From NCBI GenBank assembly GCA_964247055.1, contig OZ176054.1, positions 4,030,001-4,094,000 of the forward strand: a DNA stretch of 64,000 nt, in the 5' to 3' direction. Position 1 is the first letter of the stretch, and each line of letters begins with the position of its first letter. Below are positions 1 to 13,137 of this stretch, piece by piece. The position numbers and the translations under genes were made by a program. This DNA comes from Paragordius varius. Its lineage: Eukaryota > Animalia > Nematomorpha. The notes below the pieces were generated by a model. It was not told the DNA's origin and did not search any database. It saw only the letters and a program-made list of their open reading frames with translations.

Positions 1-219
1 TTAGAAAAGATTTTTGCCAACATTTTTTTCCTAAAGCAGTAATTTGAGTTACCAGATCAGTGCATTCAAAATGTAAGTCATAGACTCAGGAAGAAACCAA
101 GCTAAATGTATTAATTAATGAAGTTTAAAACTTTAGTTTCGCATAACTAAACTTTGCAGATAAATAGACACAGTCGGACATTGAATTGTATTTTGCAGTC
201 AAAATAAAAAATTTATTAC

Positions 220-3200
220 CTAAATCTTTCATCCAGGAAATTATCATATCAACAAAAGCGCAAATGACATTTCCGCCATTCATTGAAGCGACGATCGCCA
301 AGTAATGGTTATCAAAAAATGGTATATATTCCAAGGCATTGTTTTTAGTGGTATTTTCTTTGGATATATCAACAATATAACTGGGCTGAAATCCTTTGGG
401 TAAAACAAAGGATACTTGAGCGGATGTTCCGATATTAATCACTATATTAAACAACAAAAAAAGTCACGATCACAAATGAATTTGAATGATCATTTGAAGG
501 CGGATCACCCATTAACTACATTAAATCATTATATAAAGTTTAGATTTTCTAACAAACTTTGACATTAGGTACAATAAATTGTTTTAATTCTAATTTTTAA
601 TAGCTTTACGTGGGATTGTGTGTCTAAATTCGCTATTATTATCATATAATTATTGAGAGTTGCACTATTGTTCAATGAACAAAAAATGACTCGCTCATAA
701 AATTTTAAAGATAGATTTCTAGAAATACCTGCCCGATTTTTGTAATGTGAGTAAGCGGCATAAGCAGCACAAGGTGTGTCACCCAAGCAAACATATACAG
801 GAGTGCCTTGTGAGATATTGTAAAAATTAGATTTTAAATTTCCCACTATATGTCCGGGTTCAGCCGCACCAGGTAATAAATATATTGGAAATGAAACAGT
901 TTGCAATCTAAATTATTAATCGCTATAGCTTAAAAGGGTTTTATAAAATTAAATATATTGATGAATAATAAAATATAAAATGTTAATTACAATAAATAAC
1001 AACTTTTAACATCTATGATGTTGTAAAAGTTAAAATTTTTACTGTTCAATACCCATTAAAGTGGTTTTTAACCCAGAGAGAATACAAAATAAGTATCTTA
1101 AATATATATATATATATGTGTTATGCAAATCTGAAAAATATATTTTGTTTTTAATATCATAATTTTCTGTGTTACATACAAATTTGAAACACATATCTTA
1201 GTTGTATATGATAACCTTCAGCGTATTTGAATTGTATTATTTTTTATATTTTTTGTGTACTATGTAAATATTATATCCTTTGTTACTTGAAATTTTATTG
1301 ATATAATGCAAATTATGTACAACTAAAATTAGTATATATAAACCCTAAAAAAACCAAATAAATAATTCATTTCACATTTCTTATATTATCTCCTCATCTT
1401 TACAAGTTAACAATATGGTATTGGGCCAAATTTAATAATATGTGTTTGTGGCTTTTTAAGCGCTTACAAAAAGATCGTTATCTCAAACTTTTGTCTCCAT
1501 TGGATATTTAACATATTATGGAGATTATTTCTCGTAGCCTACCTTTGTAATTAGAAGTTATAGTACTTCCTATCAAGCAATAGGTGGCTTTATGAAACGA
1601 AAATTTAAAGGGGACAGTGTTTACCACGTGTCATAGTGTGAGACGCGTTTCGTCCTTGTTGTGGACTCATCAGCCACACATAATGAACACGGGTAACCAC
1701 TGTCGTTAAAAGTTTGTATATATACTGAGTATTTTAAGATTTTAAACCAATTATGGTTGGTGAAAGAGAAAACGGAGAACTTAGGCCCAGAGAGGGCAAC
1801 CGATTGTACTTAGATTAAGCCAATTATTATCACTAAAAATACTGACATGTCAAAACACTTTATTAAAAAAAGTAAACTTTAAATGCATTTAATTCGACAA
1901 AAAAATCAGCTGTAAATTTTAAACTGTGGAAATATTATAATAAATTAAAATTCTTGTTAGTAATTTTAATTAGGGTGCTTGGATATATATGGAATGGCAA
2001 AATAATAATGAAAACTTAAAATAAATCCTAAAATATCTTAATTTACAAAAAAATACTAAGAATATCTGTCCTATTATGCGGTCTAATTTCTTAAAGAAAT
2101 ACATAATGTTTGAAAAGGTAGAAGCGCAAAGAAAACCAGGCCGACCACAGATGAGGTTAGACATGATAAAAGAGGAGAGACTAAGATATTGAACGAGTTG
2201 AATGTAGCTGTAAAAGATCGAAAGAATGAAAATCAATAGTGCACACTCCAAAAAGTCGTTTACGACTTAAGAATAACCAACGCAGCCAATATATTTTTCT
2301 TCAAACAAAAGTCCAACATATATACAGGCGTGAGTTTGAGTGCCGTTAAACCTTAGTATATAACAAACTTATGGAATTTTTTTTCCATTCCAAACTTAAA
2401 ACTGGAAGAACGTTCTTACAAATGGGTTAATTCATATATATCAAAAAATCGATTTGTTTTACAATCTTCAAATTCATAAAAAAATTGTTTATGGCGGTAA
2501 ATTTCAAACTTATTCGCTACATCTAATATTGTCTTATTATCTTATAAAATAAATTATCAGGTACAAAAAGAAAACGCACAAAGTAATAATTTGGAAAAAA
2601 AACATTATTAAATTATCCAAAATAATACGTGTCTTTGTCCCATTCATTGCGTACGCTATCATAGTATCCCCAACTAACAGCATTTTGATTTGACATGATT
2701 GGTTCAATCACTGGATCATGATTCTCATCATTATTATCTTTCCAATTGCATAATAACCATGTTATTAAATCTCCAATTGTTCCGGCATATGAGTAATCCT
2801 CAACCTGTTTTAAGTTCGGCTCATTTCCTTTAGCTAACCAATACAGAGTGGCACACCCAAATCCAGGGTATATGTGATTTTGAACTTTTGGATATTTAGG
2901 GAGTTCTTCCATAATAGATTGGGATCGGACATCTTCCCAATTGTAAAAATGAGAGCAATATTTATCAAAACAAGACTTCCAACCATGAGCACTATTGGTT
3001 TTTACATCTGATTTATTGGTTGAAATTTTGTTTAGATTTAGAAATCTTAACTCTGGTTTCCAGAGTACACAGCCATGTTGTTGACAACACATTGATAGAG
3101 AAACAATATTAGATGACAAAAGAGGAGGTATACTATGAATAATTTCTACAAATGTAGTAAGTATGAGTAAAACATTGGAATTGAATTTATTGGAGTCCTT

Positions 3201-3320
3201 ATCTGATTTTTGCAAAGAAACAGTTTGATAAGGTAAGGATTTAGAATAGGCTATTTCTCCATCTCCATTTAGTACAATTAATTTGATAAAAGATGTCCCA
3301 ATATCTAATCCCAAAAACAT
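220..3320 (-). CDS. SHPK: Sedoheptulokinase (FGGY family), copy 1; exons 3320-2629, 907-729, 441-220; 3' exons lie left of the window
   Basis: Translation gives LGLDIGTS, GFGCATLYWL, AGTIGD, PIMSNQNAVSWGYYD, LLPGAAEPG, LGD, VINIGTSAQ and VASMNGGNV, matching SHPK motifs. GT-AG junctions keep the frame. Confidence 0.9.
1613..1704 (-). ncRNA. Minimal type I hammerhead ribozyme (core 1636-1679) on an extended hairpin
   Basis: Minus strand reads GUGUGG-CUGAUGA-GUCC-ACAACAA-GGAC-GAAAC-GC-GUC/UCACAC: complete catalytic core, 4-bp stem II, 6-bp stem I and palindromic ACGCGU at stem III. Stem I extends outward via UCAU/AUGA, CGUG/CACG, UUACC/GGUAA and GACAGUG/CACUGUC. Confidence 0.85.
2010..2290 (+). 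mobile_element. 5'-truncated 3' fragment of the RTE LINE family at 60198-63093
   Basis: aggccgaccacagatgagg...ccaaaaagtcgtttacgacttaagaataaccaac aligns with 62930-63090, including the tail. Confidence 0.85.
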
Positions 3321-4739
3321 TTTTTTCTAGTTTACATGAAGGAAAAGCGATAAAGCATTCTTATTTTAACCGAGGATGCGGAAAAAAATATATGCATTTG
3401 AACATAAATGATCCTTGCGAATAGACCTTTTATAAAATATTTTTTTAAATAGAAATCATAAATTAACACATTTGTATTTTTATTTTATGGTTAAAGGAAT
3501 ATTAATCGATATGTTTGCTTTTAATTTTGGTTGCGAAACAATAAATGGTTAGGAGCGAAATAAAAAAACAAACATAAATAAAATTATTCTTTATAAATAT
3601 TTTTTAGTGTTTAACGTAAGGCAGTCTTGCGATATCGTTTGTTTTGGTTAAATTAATTTGTATTTATATGGTTTTATTATTCTCAAACAAATAAATTTAA
3701 AAATTAAAGATATCAATATTACATTAGGGAACTACAGATATAATTACCTTTTATTAACGTCAAAATATATCAACTACTGAATACTATTATGATTTCGCTG
3801 TAAATTAATTTGGTTTTAGTTAATAATAATTAAAAAAATACACTTGATAATTCTAATATCAAAAGGGAACAATTATAAAAGATCATCAACAGTGGCATAA
3901 ATAATAAAGCTTGCTATCACTTATTTGCTAGTTAATTGACCCTCAATCTTTCTCCGAAGCTATATATTTTGAGCATTCACCCTTAACTTCGATAGCTTTA
4001 ATTTTTCTCTTAATCCTCTTTCCATATATAAGAATCTGGTCTTAGAAAAAGAACATTTTTATTATTCGCATTCAGTCTTATACACCTATGATCATATATA
4101 ATAAATCCGCTATATTATTTTTTGTGATTTTTAGAATAATATTACGGCGTTATGAATGGTTGAATCAACCCCTTAGAGTTTTATATTAACACCCATTTTT
4201 TTGCAGAGGTTTACATAGTAGTGAGATCTAACAGCTAGGTTAGAAATTAACCAGGAGAGTAGTATGTCAAGTTGGAATGGTCGTGGTTTTTAAAGTCTAA
4301 AATAAAACCAACTTTCAAAATTTTGGTAAAACTAAGGTTAGAGTAATGAAAGCGTAGGATTTCAAAATTTTTTAATTTCCCAACTTGTTTCCTCTTTCAT
4401 ATTTATTTTCAAATATTGTCTTCAGAACCTTTTGATATTTTAAAGCAAAAATCCTTTGAATAAACGTGATCGCTATTCCCAACAAAAATATTTTCATTTT
4501 TAAACCAACCAAATATTATATGAGGTATAATATATTTAAAAGATAGTGGACAAAAAAATAATATAAAAAATACATGAATACATTATAATTTTAGTTGTTT
4601 TTCCTAAGATATTAATTAATTAATGACATCACACAAATAATATTTTATTAATATTATTTTTCTGATAACAAAAATATCTAGGTTTTAATATATACATTTT
4701 TTTGGTTTTATTCCATAAAAAATCTGCGCCATTTTGTTA

Positions 4740-5310
4740 AATTAATTAGATAGAAGGTAAATTGGGAGATGTCATACATTACCTAGTAGGTGGAATAAAC
4801 CAGACAGTTCAATAGAGATCCCAAGAGGCTGGGGTAAAATATCATCTTAAAATAGTGCTCAAAAATAAACACATATCTGCAAAAAACAAAGGCTTGATCT
4901 ACAAAGCCGGCATACGTCTATACTCCTAATATGGAAGCGAGACATGGCCGATGACAAATTCAATCGAGAAAAAACTAATGATCATAGAAAGGCGAATGTT
5001 AAATTTATTCGACCCCAATAAGTTAAATTCAAATTTGTTAACTGTACCAAATCGAATTTTTAAATATTTTGACCATAAAAAGGCTTAGATATTATGGACA
5101 CATCAAACGTGCTTCAGAACAATGGACAAATAAATTTTTATCCATACATCCTAAAGGTAACAATCGCTGGGGTAGACCAATATTTAACTAAAAAACAATA
5201 AATAATGATTTAAATATTGCCAACTTTTATGAATACGCCTGGCAGGATCGCAAAGAGTACAGGCAGCTTCTATACGGATACAATGGCTAGCCATTACACA
5301 AAGACGATAC
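4740..5310 (+). mobile_element. Degenerate RTE-type LINE C-terminal remnant
   Basis: Decayed reading LIYKAGIR..YGSETWPMT..EKKLM..ERRML. The paralogous stretch at 22687 reads RLRYFGHIKR..GKNRSGRP..W..AWQDR. Confidence 0.7.
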
Positions 5311-5571
5311 ATCATTCCAAATTTTGTTTACATATTTTAAGATACAATAAGAAAGTAAAAAAATCATAATATATATTAAATTCTAGATATGGATTCTGAA
5401 AGTCACATTTTCGTTTTTTTTAAAAATGAATGCAAAAGTGCCGAGCTGAGATTGCATGATAAGAATTTTCAATATATGCAAAGATAAAAAAAACTGTTTT
5501 AATATCAACGAATTAATATATTATATATATATTAATTTGTCATATAACTTTGGTATGGAATATAAATATAA

Positions 5572-6110
5572 TTAATTAATGCTAGAAAAGTGAGAACGAA
5601 TTGAAATTTCTTGCATCATTTGATTACACATTGCAGAATATGGATTCATCTGAATCAATTGACATTTCGAAAACTTTCCCCCTAAATCCGCTGCTTTTTC
5701 ATAACATTTCTTTGCATAATCCAATTCATTGTATTTTTGATGTAGAATACCCCGTTGGGTGTAACATTGACATGTGGTATAACTAGGTGTATCATTTAAA
5801 ATATCTATAGCTTTATCTAGATCTAATATAGCCACTAAAAATAATAAATTAATTTACGTTCGTATTTTCCCATAAATTGATATATTTGAGCCCGATTATT
5901 TAACAATGAAGGGGCATTGGGTAAAATTTCAAGAGCTTTATTGACCAAATTTAATGCATCTGAATACTCCTTTTTTTCAGCTTTCTTAATAGCCTCAGTT
6001 TCGTATTGTTGCAAAATTTGTAATTTTGATTGATCAAATATATCTTGTGTTTTTTGTAAAGAGACCGAGGGTGGAATCAAAAAATTTAAAATTTCATTAT
6101 CAGATGGCAT
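5572..6110 (-). CDS. TTC36: Tetratricopeptide repeat protein 36, copy 1; exons 6110-5858 and 5834-5572, 23-nt intron
   Basis: MPSDNEILNFLIPP...LLNNRAQIYQFMGKYE|LAILDLDKA...YTQRG...AADLGGKFSKCQLIQMNPYSAMCNQM matches TTC36 (NNRAQ; NPYAALCN). Intron gtaaattaatttattatttttag. Confidence 0.88.
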
Positions 6111-6140
6111 CGGAAAAATACATTCATATTCATAAAAAGC
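6111..6140. promoter_or_regulatory. 30-bp head-to-head gap between the TTC36 and NAT10 start codons (inferred bidirectional promoter region)
   Basis: CAT at 6108-6110 and ATG at 6141. Both starts align to the N-termini of their homologues. Confidence 0.7.
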
Positions 6141-9100
6141 ATGCGTAAAAAAATAGACAACAGAATACGATATTTGATTGAAAACGGTGTAGTTAATGGG
6201 CATCGTAGTATGTTTTTAATTATCGGCAAAAAATCCAGAGAACAAGTAGACTTATTTATAAATTTTATAGGTAGTAATTTTGCATCATATTTTGTCAAAA
6301 TCTATCGTAAAATCAAGGCCCATTGTTCTTTGGTGCTATAAAAAGGATTTAGGATTTAGCAGGTACATATTTTCGTAAAGTTTTGAAAGTCATCGTAAAA
6401 AACGGATGAAACAAATGCGAAAGCAAATACGTAATGGAAATATTGATGTTGATGAAAATGATCCATTTGAATTTTTTATCTCATCCACCAATATAAGATA
6501 TTGTTACTATTCTGAAACAAATAAAATTCTTGGAAACACTTATGGAATGTGCATTTTACAAGTGCTATATTTATATATAAATAATATTTAGGACTTTGAA
6601 GCGTTAACTCCTAACATTATGGCTCAAACTATTGAAACAGTTGAAGGTGGGGGAATAATTATATTTTTACTGCCAAATATATCTGCTCTAAAAGAATTAT
6701 CCTCTCTTACTATGGTTTTTACCCATGTATATTTAATATATAGGATATTCATTCACGATATAAAACCGAAGTATACAATACAATACTTTCCCGATTCAAT
6801 GAAAGGTAAATTTTATTAAATTTGGTGTATATTTAATTAAAATTATTTTAACACTTTATTACCTTTTTACTTTTTTGTCCTGGTTTACTTTTTGGGGTAG
6901 TTATATATCCCAAAGCATAATTTTGTAAATCTAGAGTTTTGAAAATTATTTTAGTTGAAATTTAATATCAAACATTGTTCTTACGTATTACCACAGTGTG
7001 TAATTTTTTTAATTTTTTGTGAGATATATTTTGACGTGCAAATTTATTTGCCGCAAAAATCTGTATTTATTGACGACCTCGTTAAAATATTGAGAGAAAA
7101 TCCAATTTGTGCAAAAAATGAAAATTAAGAATAATTAAAAAAATAATGATAAAACCTGAGATGATAAGGTTTAATATCATTTTATCAGATATTTACGATT
7201 TATAAATATATTATCATATGGTTAGGGTTTTTATAAAATCTCCAATAAAATCGTGTTTCTCCTTTAGCATGTTTAAACAAAAAATACTATATTAAAATAT
7301 TTTTTTGTATTTAACCTTTCTATTAAAATCTTAACAATTACATTATTATAGTAAAAATAACTAATTTATTAAAATAAAATTAAAAATATTGTTTTTTATT
7401 TTTTCTTTTTTTGTCATCTGGTTTATAAGTGTTGATAATTTATAATTTATATTGAAATTTTACTGAGTGCGAAATACAAAGTATATAAATAATACAAAAA
7501 GATTTAAAAGTAGGAAACCTAAATATTTTTAATTTTATTTTGATAAATGAGTTATATTTACTATAATTATATTAATGTTAAGACTTAAATAGTAAGTGGA
7601 GCTAGAAAATAATAAAAAATAATTTAGTAAAGTTTCATAAATATTTTTTGTTATTTAATCATGCTAAATAAACACGATTTTTTGATTAGAGTTTTAAAAA
7701 ACCCTAACTATATGATTAAAGGATATTTATTAATTGGAATTATCTGATAAAATGATTTTGAATTGCCCAATTTCGATTTTCTCTCAATATTTTAACTAGG
7801 TCGTCAATAAATACAAATTTTTGCGGCAAATGAATTTGTACGTCTTAAGCTCTCCCTTGTTAAAAAATTTGTTAAAAAATTGACCCTCTTTTTTGGAAAC
7901 AGTATTACATAAAGGTGCTTATATTTTTACAGTTTTGTGACTTATAGAGTTAAAAATTATTACAGCTCTATATCAGAAACGAACAGATGATATATAAAAT
8001 TAAAATATATCAAGTTTTTGCTGGTAAAATATGGCTTGACAGCTTCTTTAAGTTAATTATTCACATTTTCCAACCATAATATACATTAAAAAATTAATAA
8101 AAAATGGCGGCAAAAAAGTAGATGAGGACATTTTACATTTTAAAAAAATTGTTTAATGCAACTAAAAGGCTAAAGAAATTTTTAAATTTGGCTATTCAAA
8201 TTTCATATCGCTCTGGGATAAAAATTAAGTAAATTCCACAAAATATTCCATTATAAACAATTAATATATACATTATACTAGATCATTACTATTAGCCTTG
8301 GGATTTTATGTTAAAGCTTAACTATTTTTAACGCTTCATTATATTTTCGAGTAATTGTCCCAAAGCTATATTGAAATGATGATTTTTTAAATTTGCAAAA
8401 AATATTTTTATAATAATGCGTTTTAAAGGCCATAGTATGCATATATTTAAGTTAACCCTAATATAAAAATTCCATTATATTTAAATATAATATCTTTGGG
8501 GCAGGAAAATACCCCAAAACATAATGAAGTGTTAATTTATGTCTTTTAGCAAAAAATAATTAACCTTCTCTCAAACATGATTTTAACGTTACAATTATTT
8601 TTTAACGATTTCTTTAAACCTTATTCTTATAATTCACATATAATTTTCCAAAATATCTCTTGTTTTATCTCATATTTTATAATATACAATTTACAATAAA
8701 ATTATAAGTTTTATATTTTATCCTCTTTTAACCATATAAATTAATTTTACAGGTTTTTGTTATCCTTAACCCAATGCAAAAATTGTTTGCTGCTGGACGA
8801 CCAATTAAATCTTATATCGATAACATCACAAATCCCTGCAATAGAAAAATTGCCACCCAAACCACAAGTATATTTAATAATACTATTATTATATGTGTGG
8901 ATAATTTTTAATTACAAAAATTATATTTTATAACTGGAAAAGGATGAAATATCCATGAAACAAATTGAGCTATCAAATTTGAAGGAATCTTTTCAAGATG
9001 TATCCAATATTGGAGGGATCGTTAAACTAACCCGTACCCTTGATCAAGTATAAGTTTGTAGGCGTTTATGACTATATCTCTATTTATATATATTTAACTT

Positions 9101-10810
9101 TTAAAAATGGTTATGTATAATATAATTGTTGTATGATAAGAGGAAATAGATTTTTTGGATATATACCTGTTATTTTAAAAGATTAATTGAGTATCTATAT
9201 AAATTTTAAGATAATTGTTTATTGAGAAATGATGAATAAAATATTAATTTTATAGAAAATTATATTTTTTTTTTGAAAAAATATATTTATTAAACAATCA
9301 TAAATTTGAAACAAATTAGGCTAAAGCCCTATTGAAATTTGTGGATGTTATTTCGGAAAAACCGTTTAAACAAATGGCTTCGATTGTTTGTTTAACTGCT
9401 TCACGTGGGAGAGGGAAGTCGGCATGTTTGGGCCTAAGTGTAGCATGTTCAATCGCCCTTGGGTAATTTTTTATCATCAATATGAAGTAAACTATATTAC
9501 AAAACATTTATTTATTAATGAAAATGTACATACCAATTTTGTAAAAAAATTATAATGTGTTTTTACGTTAAACTTTTATAAAAGGATGCATATCTAATAA
9601 TTATGCATTTTCCTTATAATTTTAGATATTCCAATATTTTCGTCACCTCACCTAATCCCGAAAATTTGAAAACTCTGTTTGACTTTGTGATTGTCGGTAT
9701 TAAAGCGTTAGGATATGAAGTACAACATATTCATTTTTGCATTATACCTAGGAAAATATATTATTATAAAAATAGCAGATTGGTAATTTTTTTGGTTATT
9801 TTTAGGGGATCGTTAATCGTAGAAATGTATTTAATCAATTTATTATTGCAATATTTTGTAGATATATTATAATTAGTAATTTTTTAACTGGAGCTATTAT
9901 ATGATGTCTATAATTCCTAATTTAGCATTCTTGCGTTTTGGAGCTTTTTAGGCTCAAAAATCAATTTTGTAAAAAAACGTAATATATAACATTTCAAAAA
10001 CTTATGGTTAACCTATAAAATTAACCATATATTAAATATATATTTATGTTTTTGATAGGAACATATTGATTTCGAAACTATTAGATCGACAGACACCGAA
10101 CACAATAAAAGTGCCATTAAGATTAACGTTTTCAAAAAACATCGTCAAACGATTCAAGTTAATACCATATATGATATATAAATGCTTTTAAAATAGTTGT
10201 TTTCTGTATTTAAAACTTGAATAATTGTTTCATAACATAATAGATGTGTATGCTATATTTATATTTTTCCAAAATGATTTTTTTCTATATTCCATTATTC
10301 AGGCCTTCAATTATTTATAATATAAAAATGGCCCGGTCTTACACTTAGTTTTTTTTGAAGATACATTGTAATGTTAATTTATTCAATTCCTAATATTTAA
10401 TTATGGTTTTTTACATAAATCAATATGCTCTATATTGTTTTTTTCAAATTGTCGTAAATCAAGTCCCTTATTTCATATAATTTTTACAAAATAGGATTTT
10501 TTATAGCTTTTGATGCTTTTTACTATTACTAATTTTCTATCTGTTTCCCTTCTTATCCATATGATCTCCATATCATTTTTATACCAAATTTTCATTTAAT
10601 TATTATAAATACATTTATATATTTCACAATTTTACAAATAAATTTATAAACCATTTTTACCTTATAATAGTATATTCACCCGAACAATTATGCAGCGCTC
10701 AAAACGCATTGTGAAATTTTGGTAATTAACGAGGCTGCCGCCATACCTCTCCCTATTGTCAAACTCTTACTCGGACCATATATATGTTTTATGTCATCTA
10801 CTATAAGTGG
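6141..10810 (+). pseudogene. NAT10: Truncated NAT10 paralog (exons 1-11 only), frame still open
   Basis: Exons 6141-6245, 6271-6362, 6390-6561, 6592-6714, 6744-6805, 8753-8867, 8943-9047, 9320-9462, 9626-9719, 10059-10157, 10671-10810. No exon 12 before the duplication junction at 13137. IDEAA is changed to INEAA (aac at 10728-10730). Pseudogene status is inferred. Confidence 0.75.
6852..8220. mobile_element. Foldback/MITE (TTAA-flanked, piggyBac-like) in NAT10 intron 5, right end deleted in this copy
   Basis: Left end ttaa|cactttattacc. Internal arms ~7010-7300 and ~7630-7850 are inverted copies (tttgccgcaaaaat / atttttgcggcaaa). The intact version is at 24504-26056. Confidence 0.75.
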
Positions 10811-11999
10811 GTAAGAGAATATAATATCAAAACTAGATTTTATTTAATATTAAAGTTTAATTTAATTATAATAACTTAATTATTGGTTTATGATAAATGG
10901 CTTTTTTGCTCCATACTTTTATTAGAATTCTATTTATTACTACACATACTCCTTTTTTTATTTTATTAATTTTTTGTTGATTAACTTAGTACCAACCTAG
11001 TGGTAGAGATTCTAATATAAAAATTGCGTTATTGTTGTTAAAAGCTAATTCTTGATATCAAACAGAGTTTTTATGATATCAGACAAATAAATATATTAAA
11101 ACCATATCATATATATATATATATTTACATAATTATATTAATTGTAACTATTCAGTAGATATATAATATTTTTTTATTTATTCTTAGATCAGTACACACT
11201 CCAGTTTATTTTGATTATATAAATTAGAATATAAAATAAGACTCAATACAAACCCGTTTATGGTACTTATTTGAGAATACCATAAATACTTCTGCCATTT
11301 AATTTATTTAAATTTATTTTTGGTTTAAATTATTCAGAAACGAAGTTTATGTAAGACACAGCTTTGTTTTTTCATTCAACATCTAAATTTTCAGCTCTAC
11401 AAAATTATTTTAGTTAACAAAGCTGTTTTTAATATTAGGGTAATTTCTCATTTTTTTAAGCAAAACTCGCCGTATTTGGAATATATTGGTGTGGAATGGA
11501 AATCAAAAACTTAAAAAACTATGGACTGATTGAACAAAGTAACGACTTTAGCTATAGTACACTCAGTAGCAGACATATTGAAATTAAGATGTGTTAATTA
11601 GCGTAAGATTTTTTGTCCAGCGCATTTTTTAGCGGCCGCGCTTTCTTTTTCTTTCTATTTTGGAGTTTTGGAATTGAGGTTTTCTGATGTATTGTTTGTC
11701 AAAAATATGTGTTTAAAGCAGGGATTCCATCATGCTCTGTTCGGCAGACAAAAGTTCTAGAAAAATGATAAAAAAATGGATTTAAATTAAAAAATTACGA
11801 TTATTTAGAATATATATATCATCCGAAATCGAGTTTTAAATTAATAAAACAACCAAAAATTATCAAAGGTTGAATACCCCTGGTTTAGATAGTATTATGC
11901 GAAAGAATTACAGTATCAACTTTACTGGACACACAATTGCACTCCTCCACTTAGCGGAAAACAATTCTCTTGGCTTTTTATCAATGAAAAGACCTGGGA

Positions 12000-12480
12000 G
12001 GGTTTTCCAATCCGCCAAAGCTTTATTTATCTAATTAAATTATAAATGTGGAATATTTTGCCAACACAGTACTCATCAATGTCCATAGAAAACGAATTGA
12101 CTGAAGTAGTGTTTGAATATATATTTATATATATATATCTTGAAAATTTCATTAACACTAATAGCATTCTACAAGATAAAACAAATTGTGATAGGTAAAA
12201 CAAATATGACAAAATATCATATAAGATATGGAAGTTTTATGGTGTATGTTACAAAATAAGACTAACCAAAATATTCATGTCCCACTATGTTATATGGAAC
12301 TGAAATTCAGACGACAATAGAAAAGTTAATGTTAGGGCTTATGGTGTTGGCAAAGGCATTAAATTATTCTGTATTTCTTGCAAAATAAAACCAAATAAAG
12401 TTATCGTATTTTTGACACGCCGTTAGAGCATCTTTGAAACATATGACAGGGAAAATAGAAGGGGAAAGAAAAAGCGATTC
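12000..12480 (+). mobile_element. Highly degenerate RTE-type LINE remnant (paralog ~30870-31280)
   Basis: Decayed KLSYF*HAVR...TGKIEGERK resembles the KLTYFGHVMR...GKVEGQRK tail of RTE ORFs. Confidence 0.5.
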
Positions 12481-13137
12481 TCTGTAAAATGCGCTCCGCA
12501 GAAACATTTCATCTATAAAAATTTCTATTTAAAAATTAACATTACTTAACGGATTAAATTGGCGTATATTCTATAAAAAAGCTACGAATCGACAAGATAT
12601 TAGCTTTCATTCAATTACTAATCATTGCAAATAATAATTTAACAAAAGTTTTAAGCGTGAAAAAACAAATAATCACCAAACAGATATCAATTTGTTCAAG
12701 AACAATTATTTGCTTTTGAAATATCTGTTTTAAAGTTTAAAAGTCCCATCTCAAAATTCAATTATACCTATAACTAACGTTAAACAACTTGATAAATAAT
12801 TATTTCAAATTCGATTAATTGAATAAATTAAATAATATATTTTCATAAAAATTGGAAAATCCAATAAAAAATTTTCAATATATTTTGAGGTCCTTTTTTA
12901 TTATCAATCTTGAGATTAATTCAAAAGGAAAGGCCAACTGGCATACTACCTCTGAAATATACCTACTGAAATGCTTTAACATATACTATATATTATTAAA
13001 AAAATAGAATGCTTTTCATAATAATTTGAATAAATCGGATGTCCATTTTCGAAATTTTATTTTTATAAACTTTATCGCCATTATCTACGCCTCCCTCCTG
13101 AGTTAGAAAATATTTATAATTCATATTGATGGGGTAA

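Larger units (their letters stand above)
1..13137. repeat. Segmental tandem duplication, copy 1 (starts before the window): SHPK-TTC36-5' part of NAT10
   Basis: Position 1 (ttagaaaagatttttgcc) matches 16396. Colinear similarity runs to ...tcatattgatggggtaa (13137) versus ...tcatattgattgggtaa (31947), then stops abruptly. Introns differ by many substitutions and indels (roughly 5-10% by eye). Confidence 0.95.

Noticed and set aside
2613-3320. Long uninterrupted FGGY kinase ORF suggesting bacterial HGT or contamination
   Set aside because: It is exon 1 of a six-exon gene with GT-AG introns and is closest by motif to animal SHPK.
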